From: Alloascoidea hylecoeti
Lineage: Eukaryota
NCBI GenBank assembly: GCA_001600815.1
Contig: BCKZ01000005.1
Coordinates: 743,727 to 807,726, forward strand
Direction of reading: 5' to 3'
Length of the DNA: 64,000 bases
Positions 11,283 to 24,718 of this stretch are shown here, in pieces. Position 1 is the first letter of the stretch, and every line of letters starts with the position of its first letter. The position numbers were made by a program, and so were the translations under genes. The notes under the pieces are model-generated. The model ran no database searches. It saw only the letters and a list, made by a program, of their open reading frames with translations, and had not been told where the DNA came from.

Positions 11283-14200
11283 TTTTCTTTCTGATTATAT
11301 TACCAATACAGTTGTTGAAATTAGACCTTTTTAGATATGTGGTAGTATATATATGTGACTTGTATAAATAAAGAAAATTTTGATACCAGAAAAAGTTCAT
11401 ATATGGAATTATTGGAATGAAGTGTCATGAAAGTGTTATATTAATGGATCTTCCTGATCATGCAGTCATCAAATAAAATAATAATTTTATTGTTTGAAAG
11501 GAACATCTCATTTTGTTTCAGGACATCGATACACATATCAATTATAACGTTGATTCGATTTATAAACATATAATATCAAACTTCTATATATATAAATAAA
11601 GAACGCACGCTTAGTGAAAATTTTGGCACAATACATTTATAAATTAAAGGCCGTGAAAAAGAGGAAACATCTTAAAATGATATAAATAGTTCATCGAAAC
11701 TTTTATTCTCTGTTTCGGAATATAACTTACAATATTCATTACTATAGCTAGTACTGTTATATATATTATGTCTCTGTTAAATAATTACTTGTTATAATTA
11801 AGCTATTTTTCTTTGCGTCCTTTTCGGTTAAATACAGAATATAATCATGTTTTGGGCTAAACTGGTTTCCTTTATGGGCTAATTAATAGGCAAATTTGTA
11901 TAATAGAAGCCTCTACGTAGCCACACATAAAGCCATAAAGCCCGATTTTACTTCCCAGCTTTTAATAATTTTAATATTATGTTACTAACTATTTTATAAC
12001 AATTACAAGTTATACTGTCTTTACACCTTTTTATTTCTATTGGGACAACAAATTGTAGCGAAACCTTAGCAAAATATGGTATATCCATAGACTAGAGTTA
12101 CAATTATAATGTAATGCAAACATGGCACACCTATTGCATGTCCCCAAAATAAGCAGGGAGTTCTAACACTTGCGTATGGAATCTAATCATTAAAGTTATA
12201 TTCCATCTACTAACGAAGAAATTTAACGTGTATTTCCACCTTTTATGATTGGATTATTATCATATAATTTATTTCACCCTTACCAATTACTAAATATACT
12301 GAAATTGAAGAATAAAGAAGGTTATTTATTATATCTTCATCTATCTATATCTTTAAATTTACATTGAATACATATTTACACAATTGAATATGCGATGATC
12401 TCTTATTTTGATTAATACTTTTGACAAGTTTATTATATAATATGCATTAATACAATGACAATATTTTCTTAAAGTTCAACATAATTTGTGGAAATACTAG
12501 TATCGTGCTTGATATTCGAATGACTCCACGGGAATATTATGCGTTATATGATATACTTGTAAACGGTTAATGTTGATGTCATGGTTGATAAACTATAGGA
12601 AAGCATAAAGTCGTCTGCTGAGCAAATAAAGCTTTTATTTACTATTCCAATTGCTCTCGCTAATCTTATAAGTCATAGTCAATTGTGTATGTATTATTAT
12701 ATCTTATACATAACTAAAGTCATATGCATTAATATTAATTATGAATGTTGTAGTCAAAAATGGTACAAAACACCAAATTTTTGAAAGATAAAGCTCAAGA
12801 TTATACTTTTAATCGATTGACAACGATAATTTAATTCTCCGTTTGTGTTCACGATATTCTGGATTTGTGCAATGATAAAACTGAACACTATGAGTTCTTT
12901 AAAATGTTGATAACTAGTTTTAATATTGAATCTTTAGTCTTCCAAAAAATTTTATCCGAATATCTAAATCAATGGTATTAATATAATAAAATTCAATCAA
13001 TCAGAAGCGATAAAATAATTAGCTCTCAATAATAATGTGTATTTGATATTATATTAAATAGTATCCAATTTACTATATAATAATTATTACAATTGGAATA
13101 CGTCGAGACTCTTGAATACCTATAAATAGAATCGTAATCAAATGAACAATCTCTTAAGATTGATCAGTACCTTATAAATAGTTATTAAACCCTTTGGTTC
13201 CTAGTTCTATGTAGTTTTCTTCCTATAATACTTTATCATTCTTCTACTCTAGTAATCCTTTTGGTTTAATATTAACAAAATCAGATAATACATGTACATG
13301 TACCTGTTTCCATGTTAGTGAATTTATCTGTAAATCTTTGGAAAAAAAATCTTAACTGTTAATAAATAGCTATATACTTTATAGAGATAAATGTAAGATA
13401 TATGCTAACTATCAATAAATGTTCATTATAGCTTTGAATAAAATATTAATGTGTAAATATATGATCAACAAGTATTTCCTTTATAATTATAGAAGACAGA
13501 AAATTGGTATAAGATGGCCGAGAATTTTTATGGCATGGCCCAATATTAGCTCAAACTGTGGCCGAATATTTATGATAGGCGTGGTGTAATAATTAGTTGA
13601 AGTGGTCAAACTTTTATGCATGACGACCATCTGATTGCCCGAATTATTGATTTAAAATCTGAGCAAATATTTACTCAAATATGGGAATATAGATCAGCAA
13701 GTGATCGATATTAACGCAAAGTATTGTGAATACTAAATACAAAACACTGTATAAACCATAAATTAATAATTTTCGCCCACAGGATTATTGTAGCCGCAGT
13801 TATGGAAGTGGCCGATATTAAGTTAAATGACTGTATCCTTAATCTCTAAGACTGGTGTGGAATTACTATGAATTAATAAGGTAAAATTATTATAAATTTC
13901 TGAAATTATAACTACTTGTAAGGTAAAATCATATGATTGAACATGAATAAAGTAAGATTATATTAAAAAACTGAAACTGTGAAAAACTAAAGAAAGGAAT
14001 CTTTTATCAAAAGGAAAAGATAACAGTTATATACCTTAAACTACAACCTCATTTTAGATTCCCACTGAATATTAAAATTAACTTCCTCAAAATCTTAAAT
14101 CCTACAACCCATACATAATCTTAATTTAAAATATAGAATTTAAATTCGCATTAAAATGATTTTTTTTTTAATTATTTCTGATCAGGCTTCAAAATTGAAG

Positions 14201-14766
14201 TTACGGCTTACATTTTATTTGAAACTTACTTGTAATGTTATTCAAATTATAATTTTTTTAAGACCGTATGAATGTAGGAACAACAAAACTTGACTCACCT
14301 CTCAACGATAACTACAATATGTTCCAAGAAGTTCGGAGAGAGACCACAAGGGGATTACATGATTTCACAATTAAGAGGCTATGGGGATAAATCTTATAAT
14401 TTTTGAACCAATTACATGTATAATAATCTTCATTTATCCGTGGCTTTATAATATTTCAAAATTTTTCATATTTATCGTTATCAATTTCATAATTATTCAA
14501 TTAAACTATGTAAGTATCTACATTTTCTTTCATTTTCGTCCCGTTTAGACTTTAGAACATGTTAATACAATCAGTTGTATGTTAATTTATTTAAGTAACA
14601 TACTAACTTTCTATGTCACGACTAACTAATCCAATACGTTTTATAGAGGGGTTCTTAGGGTTGTTAAAAACTCTAGTCGGGTCAAACCGCTAGTTCTGCT
14701 TTTACATGTAGATACGGCCTTAGAAATCCGGTGTTTTTATTACCTTTTTACGATTCAATATCTGTA

Positions 14767-14969
14767 GATAAGCTAATCTTGAGGTAAAGATATTACTATT
14801 CTTATATTTGATAAGTTGATTTTCAATATCTTTCCAGTTTTTTATCAGTTATTTAAGATTATGATACGTGAGAGATGATCTAATAATGCTGTGTAGATTG
14901 GGAAAAATGAGAAAAAGATAGAATTATATACAGTATAACGTTGACGTTTAACTTATATAATTTGATAAG
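14767..14969 (+). promoter_or_regulatory. Three GATAAG (nitrogen-regulated GATA factor) sites upstream of the DAL5-like pseudogene
   Basis: GATAAG at 14767, 14810 and 14964. DAL5-type permeases are classic GATA-factor targets. Confidence 0.5.
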
Positions 14970-15111
14970 AGTATCCTAAGCTTAAGCTTAAACCTATTTG
15001 TATAAACTCCAGAGCTTGCTATTTATTCAATATATTTTACTTTTAATTTCTTCATTTACAAACTAGTACTTTTTTGTGCTGGACTTCTTTAATATTTATA
15101 TTGGTGTAAAA

Positions 15112-16204
15112 GTGACAGAGAGCTAATTAAACGATATCAAAAGTAATAATGTGGAGAAAGTTGAATCTGAAGTTTTAGATCAAGAAAATGGAGAGGTCAT
15201 AAGAGTCATTACAAGTAATAATGACCATAAAGTTCATCTAGGAGATAAGGATGAGGCATTGAAATATTTTGATGATACAGTTGAACTATGCTGAAACCGA
15301 TCGAAAATTACTCCGAAAAATAGACCTTAATCTCTGTTCATTAATGTGCATATTATATTTATATTGTTGTCAATTTATGGATAAACCAATAATATGCGCC
15401 GATTATGGGGGTAAGAACTGATTTAAAAATGGTGGGTGAGGATTATTCTTGGACAGGAAATGCATTTTATCTTGGATATCTATTTTTCGAATTTCCTGCC
15501 TCAATGTGTTTACAAAGATTCCCAGTTGCCAAAACTCTTAGTGCATTCATCATTATTTAGGGGTGCCATTCTTTGTTTGCACGCTACACCAAATTATGCT
15601 GGATTTGTCGCTTTACAAACTCTTCTAGGCATGTTTGAATCTGCAGTCACATCGGTATTCGTTCTAATTACAGCGCAATGTTATAAAAGAGGAGAGCAAT
15701 TTTTAAGAACTTCTATTTGGCTTGCATTCAATGGATTTGGAACAATAATGATGTGTGTTCTGTTGAGGTCTGGAAAATACCTTATATTGTTGTTGAGCTT
15801 TATACAATTTCACTTGGAATTATTCTGCTTTTTCATCTTCCTGATGTTGCTTCAAAAGCATGGGTTTTAACCGAATCGGAGAGGAAGCAGGTGATAGTTA
15901 GATTTAAATCAAATCAACAAGGAACTGGAAATACACATTTCACATTGCATCAATCTATTGAAGTATTTAAGGGTCCCAGAACATATTTAGTGTTTATAGA
16001 AGCTATTGCTGCAAATATTCCAAATGGAGAATTAACGAACTTTGGGACTATTCTTCTGCTAAGAAGATTTTGGATACGGTAAATTGGATGCATTATTAAT
16101 GGGAATGCCTGCTGAAACAGTCGATTTGATAGATGATCTGTTTACTTTCTACTTTCTCTGCTAATACAGCTGGTCATACTAAAAAAGTAACGGTTAACAC
16201 CATA
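15112..16204 (+). pseudogene. Allantoate permease (DAL5 family, MFS) pseudogene
   Basis: Fragments in shifting frames: DRKLLRKID..CQFMDK, YSWTGNAFYLGYLFFEFP, LLGMFESAVT, KSNQQGTGN, ANIPNGELTNFG and SANTAGHTKKVT. There is GTG at the likely start, in-frame stops, frameshifts and internal deletions. Confidence 0.9.
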
Positions 16205-18732
16205 TAGTAAATGTTATTATAGGCGTTTGAATTGCAATTGATTGCATCTGAAATAAGTTAACATTCATAAATATTGAGAAACGGGCCTTCTATCTTAAGT
16301 TTCATTAGTGATGGTAAATCAATCCGCAAGGAATTTAGTAAAGAGGTAGAGCTGCAGACTGCCTCGATTATGGAGATGGTATATGCATATGGTACATTTA
16401 ATTCGGGTAGTTGTCCCTGCATAAATATAAAGTTTTAATTATCATCCAGATTCAAATATTCCATTTTATGTAATACAAGTGAATAATAATTTTTATTACC
16501 AATATCGGAGTATGGTAACAGTCTATAGCTTATGGGTTTATATCTCAGTAGTCAATTGCCCTCAATAATTGAATTGCATGAAAATGATACTGCAGTCGTG
16601 TACCCTCGTCCCAAATGATACTTATATTATAACTCAGGGGTCCAGCTGTTTCTATTTCTAAATAAGAGGTCTTAGAAAACTTATAATTATGATTCTTACT
16701 TATAGTTGATATAAAAATTGAATAATTTCCCATAATTCAATCTCAGCAGTTTTATCTCTGATTTATTTTGTGTTGTTATATATCTAAGCGTTTAATCTTA
16801 ATTTGTTCCCTTCTGTTTCAAGTAAGTTCAAAGGTTTTATTGTCTATTCCCTCTCTTCCCAGTTCTTATCGGTAGTCAAATAATTATTTGCTTTTTTGTG
16901 GAAAGGAGTTTTGTATCTTTTTGTGGCTTTTGAGTAGCTCTCTACGGTTCGTTAAATCATTAGATAAGATAATATTCCTAACTATCTCGGCATGCATTTG
17001 CATACCCTTTTTTTTGATCCATATACCGTAGTCTAGATCAGTGCAGTAACCGTATTGAATCTACTACTGAGTCTTCTACTGACACAAAATAAATCGAGTG
17101 AGATTATGGTTTGAAGCTTATTCCTAAAGTTATTGCTACTTGACGCAATGTTGAATTCTTTGAAATGCATCCTCGAGAGATGATATGAGAATTTTGATGA
17201 GTATATTGAGTAGTCACACAGTTCTCCTTCAAGCTGATATAAAATGTTGAAGATGGACTTTTCACTCTGCAATCTAATGTTAGTTCTCTTGAGCAAAAAG
17301 TGGAAATTGTAGTTGATGAAATTAGTTAAAGATAGTATCAACTACAGTGGTTATAATTATTGGGTTTACTAGCTTGAAACATCATGGCTTAGAAGATTTA
17401 CATTATTTTTGAGGGGTAGAATAAATTACATATATATAGAGTAGATGATTTCCACTTATAATAAGATAACTGAGAATAGATTAATAATTTCCCTATAACA
17501 CATTAAATCGCTTACACAACAATGAGCTTAGAAATTTACATTAAACAACTAAATGAAACTATGCAAGAATTTGTGAAGCTCAAGGAGGAGAAGGAACAAA
17601 AATAATTGGCATGGCGGAACTTCTTAAATAAAACAAGAAAATATCCAATCTCGCCATTCTTATTATATAAATTATAAATTTATGAAGCACCTAAACTGTC
17701 TATTACATCTACTGCCATACCATTCTTTTTGATTTAACATTATATGGCTTTTATATTTTACTTTAGATTTGAACCATACCTCCAATATTTTTAATTTTTT
17801 ATCTGATGTTTTGAGAACACCATTCAGGAATTTAGGACTTTTAGAGGCTTTTTTCTTTAAGATTAATGTGTGAATTTCGGTCCTAAACCAAGAGCACAGA
17901 TGTAGCTTCTTATTTAAGCAATTACATGAACCCTAATGTCAACTAGGCTTAACTCTAGAACTGTCAATAATTTAATTCGGTCAAGTTATAAGACTTTCCA
18001 ACAGAAATGGACCTACATTCGTTCATAGTGATGATATATCCTTTACTCACGATGAAAGTGAAACTATTATAATTAACATCAGCAGAAGCAAATATAGATA
18101 TAATCACCGGAGCGGTTCAGATATATTTCAGCAGACCTAGAGTAAAGGTACTTTCCAAATATGAAGAAATTTTAGTTTTGATAGTATGTTTTCAATTATA
18201 TTTGTCACTTATAATCTTATAGTAGCTCATTTATTATATTTACATAGTTCAATAGATATCATTGCAGTTTCACTTTCTAGGAGATAGATTTGCGGGTTTC
18301 ATAAACTTTCATTCTTTTTTTCTTTCTTTTATTTTGAAAAGCCTGAAATAAAAAAGTTTATACAGCAATATTAATTAATTGTTTGATGTGGGTGCCTAAC
18401 TGATTAGAGAATATAAACAATTGTTTCTAAATAAAAATTATAAGTTACACCACATATATTATAAATTAACAAATAAACAGATTAAAAAAGAATATTAGTG
18501 AAAGCAAATCGACGATTGAAAAAGAATATTAGTTAAAAATAATTCATTAAATAAGTAACATCAATCAAAACAAATCAACAAAGTATAAGAAGACTAAACG
18601 ACTATAACAAATAAATCCATAACTACAATGAAAATATCAAAGATATTGAATAGTACTTTAAGTATAAAGTCTTTTCCTTATCAAATATAATCATGTTATT
18701 GGCCAATCAGTTGTCCTTGGGATGTATTCATT

Positions 18733-19800
18733 TTATTTTTTTTCCGTCTTTATCATCCTTCCTTTCTTATTTGAAGTCGATTTTGTATTCCTTTTCCAAG
18801 CCCTCCGTTTACGCATATTGATCATAATGCATGAAGCTTTGAACCCAGGTGCTTCAGCTACTTCATTGCCTTTTCTCTTTCGATGGCTTGACTGGATGTG
18901 TTCAACATTCCTTGTATTTATTTTTCGAGATATGCGGCTATCTCTGTAGACAGTTTTGTTTTTTGTCTGTGGTATAGGTGGAGGTGTAGGGGAAGTTTTG
19001 ATATGTGCAACCTCTACTGGTGCTGCAATTGGACTATCCATACCTAAATGTCTATCCTGCATCAAAATATCTAGAGTAACTGGCATAGTTAGCGTGGATG
19101 CAACTGTATGTGTCCTCGTATCCATATTTCTTAAAGGGTAAGGGTCCATGCTAAATTCTCTTTGAGGACCACACTCTCTACTAAAATCAAACTGTGGAAC
19201 ACTATTCCCTTGTGATAAAGGAACCCAATCAATATTCCTTTCCATATTCTGAGCCAAAGGATAGCTGATATTTGTATCCGTTTTCCTTAGAAGTGATACC
19301 CAAGAGTCAAATGGTAAGCTCGGGCAACTTAAATTACTGCTGTTGACTGTTTCCGTGGGATAATTACCGTAAGTATAGTTTTCAGCAAAAATTGGTGTAG
19401 AGGGAGAGTTCTCATCAAACAACTCGTCAAATGATACTGCTGAGTTTTCACTAACCGAATAGTTATCTCCTAAATTATTATTGGATAATTGAAACGATCC
19501 AAGGATAGGTGTTTGCAAATATTGATTTTGCAAATGTGATTTATAATCATTCGTAGTCGAAGCCCATAAATAAGAATTATTTATTTGATCATAATCACCA
19601 AATTCCGCATCTAAATCTTCGCGATAGCGTTCATAGCTGCTATTAAAGACCATAGTTCTACTAAACATGTAGTGGTCGTCATGTTCAACCTGTACCGGAG
19701 GTAAAGAAAGAAGCTCGAAATATATTAAATCAGCACTTGCAATGTTAAGATCTTTATTCTGATATTGTGAGCCATTATTAAATATTCTATTCATGCTCAT
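18733..19800 (-). CDS. Hypothetical protein, 355 aa, with a basic C-terminus
   Basis: A long ATG-started ORF in AT-rich DNA. No family recognised. Confidence 0.6.
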   Translation of the reverse strand: MSMNRIFNNGSQYQNKDLNIASADLIYFELLSLPPVQVEHDDHYMFSRTMVFNSSYERYREDLDAEFGDYDQINNSYLWASTTNDYKSHLQNQYLQTPILGSFQLSNNNLGDNYSVSENSAVSFDELFDENSPSTPIFAENYTYGNYPTETVNSSNLSCPSLPFDSWVSLLRKTDTNISYPLAQNMERNIDWVPLSQGNSVPQFDFSRECGPQREFSMDPYPLRNMDTRTHTVASTLTMPVTLDILMQDRHLGMDSPIAAPVEVAHIKTSPTPPPIPQTKNKTVYRDSRISRKINTRNVEHIQSSHRKRKGNEVAEAPGFKASCIMINMRKRRAWKRNTKSTSNKKGRMIKTEKK

Positions 19801-21665
19801 TAATATAATTGATAGATCTTGAAAATAATTAGAAGATTAATAATTACTTTATAATCTGGTTGTAAAGGAATATTTATATTTATATATTTTATAAAGGTTG
19901 CTGGTGAAGGTTTTATGGTTCAACTAAAGACTCTAACCAGAGTTATAAAAGTGAAATAGGAAAGGTGAACTTCTCTTATGTTTATAATATTTATGAAAAC
20001 TTCTTCAGAAATCTAAGGTTTACTTCAATAATTTCTAATAAACCTTGTCATTAATAGACGCACAACCAAAAACAGCAACGGGATATAACATAGTTATATC
20101 ATTATATGAATTTATTTTGATAAAAATAGTGTAATTGACTGATTAAGAGTTATGCGATAATTGTGACTTATCTGTTTCTTTCCCCCTTGATCAAATCCCA
20201 ATTACAATGCTGATTCCAGTTTATAGCTCAATTTTTGAAATGTAACATTATCATATTTACGATTCTACAGTGTTATTTTTTTATATCCATCCAATAAACC
20301 GCCTAAGCTCATAGGTATCAACTATAGGTTTTATTTTAAGCAATTCAATTTGAGCAACAGTGTACTATGCCTAAAACAGTGCATTTTAAGTTGAAAAGGA
20401 AAAAGCAAATTATCATGAACTTGAAGAAGGTTGTGAATTTCCCAGCTTAGATGTTTGTGCAAGGAATGAAATTATTCACCAAAATATTATTAAAAATTTT
20501 ATTTGTGAGCTAACGTTTATACTTATTTTGGCCTGCTATTAATATGTACCATGTGGCATGAGTCTCTAGCTAATATTATAATGTTTTTATTTTAATTGAC
20601 ATCGTCTTTTTCTATAAATGCAAAACAGATCAGGGTTTTAATGTACGAATTTTTGCGATATACTCATAGAACCCTCCAGATAAGGTTTCAGAAAGACATC
20701 ATGGAGATAAATTCAAAAATAATCTCTTGATATATGTGGTGAACATATTAAATATTTGAATTTGAGTAACATTAAAGTTGTATGCAAGAAAGCTGTTTAA
20801 TTAGCTGCAGCAACAGCAAACTTGGTCCAAATATTTTTGATTGTAATTAACCATATATTTCATTAATTTTCAAGTTTCAAGAAATATGGTACCAGGGGAA
20901 TTAATTATAATTTGAAGCTTCAAATATCTACAGTTACGATATACTAAGTTATCACAAACCGCTTTCACAATATTAATTGACTCCAATTGAACACCATATT
21001 AAGAAACCAAGAAATTTTCATGGTCATTAATATAGGTATAGTGCGAATATTAGTATATAAATTAAAGGCACAATATATCGACATCAGTATATATCCCAAA
21101 TTCCCAATTCATCATGCATATAACTTTATAGCTTATGTTCACTCACATGTATAATGTATAATGTATAATTCTATATCATATATTTATAAATAACAGTTAT
21201 CAACCAAAGCTCCATAATTGTAAAAAGAATATCTTTACTGCTACATAAAATAATACGACTAATTATAAGATCTTTAGGTACCTCATATTTAATCGCGCTT
21301 TCATCGACATAAACAGCATATACTAACAAATATCCTGATCTTATTCGTTAATATAAAGGATTCTCGCTATATATTGACTCTAATCTGTTTAGCTAGTACT
21401 AATATGGATCATGAGGAGTTGTAATATCAATTCGTAAATATGTATATGTTATATATACACTATACAGTCTTCACAAAATAACAGTGTTGTATCTTATAAA
21501 TTTTAATTACTTAACAATTGTAGAGGCTTAAGTTACTGGCACCAGCTATGATCTTGCATATGCTAATATTATAATTAGGAACATTTAGATTAATGAGTAA
21601 CGATCTCTGGAATAACTTTAAGATTTGTCCGGATCATTGAAAGGATTTGGAAATGTTACCTTATA

Positions 21666-21770
21666 TGGTGCGGGACACTTATCAAAATTTAAATGAACAA
21701 CGTTTAGGAACATCGAAAAAGTAAGCATAGTCGCAAAATCACTTCAATTAAATATTAAAGACGACAAAAT
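21666..21770 (+). mobile_element. Solo left end of the Tc1/mariner-type element family seen at 56505
   Basis: TA|TGGTGCGGGACACTTA...GTAAGCA...GCAAAATCACTTCAATTAAATATTAAAGACGA closely matches the left arm at 56505. No right TIR was seen nearby. Confidence 0.8.
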
Positions 21771-22909
21771 GTAAATAAATAGAACACCATATATAATCAT
21801 AACCTTCAATACTGAAAACAATTGTAGCATATATTTACGGCAATTATATTGATAATACATGAAGTGGTTAGCCGATTTGGTGGAAGAATATCCGAGATCT
21901 GATGAGAAGATTATAATTATTCATCTGTTTGGGTTCTATCGGCACTACCTAATACTAATAGGTGCCAGAACCACACAAAGCACTTAATTGACTGGAAAAC
22001 TTGAGTGGGGCATCTTATAGAGTTAATTCATGCTTAAGGGTGACTTCCAAGATTGCGGCTATTTTTAACATTGATGAAATCATGGAAATGGTTAATGGTG
22101 ATCTGGGCTGCATGCCTCCATCTTTTTCCACGTATTCCACCTACTGAATAACCAAAGACTTCTAAAATTTATAACAAGCTAAACCCCATGGGCAGATTCT
22201 CCGGTGTCTTGCCAAAATGAATACATTTTATGTTGGGGATGTCCACTTCTAAATGCAATCGACCAGAGGCCATATGGCTTTTTGGTGCAGTTGGGAATCA
22301 CAACATTTTATATAAACAATAAACAATTTTGTTAAATTTTAAAAAAAATGGTTTAATTCTTGTGTTTAACTCACACTATATGAGCTTAACACAAGCCTAA
22401 ACTGTTTATTTTTAAACAGGCGATTAAGCTCAGCGATATTGTATGAACCTACTTTTTGATTGCAATTTATCTCATTAGGCCTCCCTGTACTCAACAAGAA
22501 CTGATTTATATGTTTCTATTATAGGGAAAGAATAATAAAGGTTTATAAAACTTGGATATAGGTTTATTTATGTAATGAACTACGTCGGATCAATTATTGG
22601 GGCTGTTATCTAGGGAAGGTACCCTAAAAGTCAGGGTGAATCAAATGTCAAACCTGTGCTGTCCGGGTCCAGCCCTTGTTGGAAAAGAGCAGTTGCTGTA
22701 ACGAGGTTTCCATACTACTTACCATTACGGTGTAGAGACACTCGAGTAGAGCATGTTGGATGCCATGGATTTCTACACGACTGCATGGCAAACTATACAC
22801 CGGATAAACTTTGTATTTATATGTTGTGAGGAGTATGTGATTGTCGGTGCCAAATATGCCCCCGTGTTGGGCGAAAACTTTCTCTCATTAGACCGATCTA
22901 TTATAAATG

Positions 22910-22952
22910 ATCACGTGATTGATTGTTTTTTTTCGTGTTTACATCAACGCGT
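22910..22952 (+). promoter_or_regulatory. ASF1 promoter motifs: E-box ATCACGTGAT, SCB-like TTTTCGTG and MCB ACGCGT
   Basis: Motifs at 22910, 22930 and 22947, 65-107 bp upstream of the ATG. This is consistent with G1/S expression. Confidence 0.6.
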
Positions 22953-23016
22953 CGTTTATTTAATTAACTTTTCACATATCTTTTTTGAGTTTTAACTTCA
23001 TTGGCAATTCCAAAAC

Positions 23017-23988
23017 ATGTCTATTGTATCGTTACTGGGGATAAATGTTCTGAACAATCCTGCTAAGTTCACAGATCCATATGAATTTGAGATTACTTTT
23101 GAGTGTTTGGAACCTTTGAAGGATGGTAAGCTTTTACAAGTTAATAAATCGATGAAATATTCAGAAAAAAACAGGGATTTCTTACTAATACCTTTATGAT
23201 AGATTTAGAATGGAAATTGACCTATGTTGGATCATCAAGGTCGTAAGTATTAAAGAAATTACAATTACCTATTATTTTTGAATTATTATGTTAACTTTTA
23301 TGATATTTTAGCCAGGACCATGATCAGGAATTAGAATCGTTCCTTGTGGGTCCCGTCCCCGTTGGAGTTAATAAATTTCTTTTCACAGCAGATGCACCTT
23401 CAGCTGAATTAATTCCTGCTGCTGAATTGGTTAGTGTTACTGTTATTCTACTCTCGTGTTCATATAGTGATCAAGAATTTGTCCGGGTGGGATATTATGT
23501 GAATAATGAATACGATACCGAAGAATTACGAGAAAATCCCCCAAATAAAGTACAAATAGATCATGTTGCTAGAAATATACTAGCCGAAAAGCCACGTGTT
23601 ACACGGTTTAATATTGTTTGGAATAATGACGGAACCGGTGCTGATATTTTTCCCCCTGAACAGCCCGATGCTGATTTATGTATGTATTTAAAGTCTATGG
23701 AACTTCATTAGATTGTAGCTACATAATATTAACTTTGCATTTTTCTTAGTGGATGATGATGAAGACATTTACGGAGTAGACGATGATGATGAGGGTGAGG
23801 AAGAAGATATAAATGGAAGGCAGAAATTGACGAATGAAAATGACAATGATGCCGATGAAGATGACGAAGATGTTGAAGAAGATGATGAAGACGATGAAGA
23901 GGAAGACGATGAGGCCGCTGAAGAAGTAGAAGTAGAAGAAGCCGAGGAAGAAGATGTGGATGAGGATGTAGAAATGGAAAACAATTGA
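23017..23988 (+). CDS. ASF1: Histone H3-H4 chaperone Asf1; exons 23017-23125, 23203-23242, 23312-23679 and 23750-23988
   Basis: The spliced product reads [18 protein letters not shown]...[14 protein letters not shown]...VGPVPVG...EFVRVGYYV...[11 protein letters not shown] plus an acidic tail. All three GT-AG introns keep the frame. Confidence 0.96.
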
Positions 23989-24718
23989 TGTCAGTTTTGT
24001 CAATATTTTAAGCATCTCTTGTTTTTATTTTACTTTCTTTAATTCTCAGATCCAGAAAGAATCCGACATTTTTACACACACATAAATATATATTAATGCT
24101 CAAGAAGATTTCTAGGCGTGTAATTTTACCATATTAGACTTCATTTAAAATCAAATAAACTATATTTGATAAACATTAGAATTGTAATTAAATATTTTAA
24201 AAAACTTGCAATTGTTCCAGGTTCAAACAAAAAAGAATATTGCTTGAGCTATTCCTTTCTGGCATACTCTCTCAACTATTTTCAATTATTACAATTTCTG
24301 GACAATACCTATATTGATTCAATTTTCGTTGAACCTTTTTTTTAATTGGAATTCAACTCTTGATGTAGAACGGGCCATACCGTAATTTTGCCAATGACCC
24401 AGCACTTACACCAATAAACATTTTTAAAACTAAGTTAGAGATAAAGTATTCGCTTTGAATGTATCTGATTAATCAAGAATATTACACAACCCCAAGGCTG
24501 TTTAAAATAGAATATCAATATAAGAAAAGTCGAAAAAATCTACAATGTAAACAGGGAAACAGTGGAAGGTCTAGAAGTGAAATACGAATCTTCATGGGTA
24601 ATATGAACCTATACCAAAACTATTTGTGAAGGTCTCTATAATTACTTGTTGGATTTATTTATCAATTAAAATTCATATTAATATAAATATAGATGTAGAA
24701 ATATATTGTATGCAATCA

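Noticed and set aside
22716..22760. TACTTACC as the 5' end of U1 snRNA
   Set aside because: It reads ACTTACCA rather than ACTTACCT, and no U1-70K loop follows.
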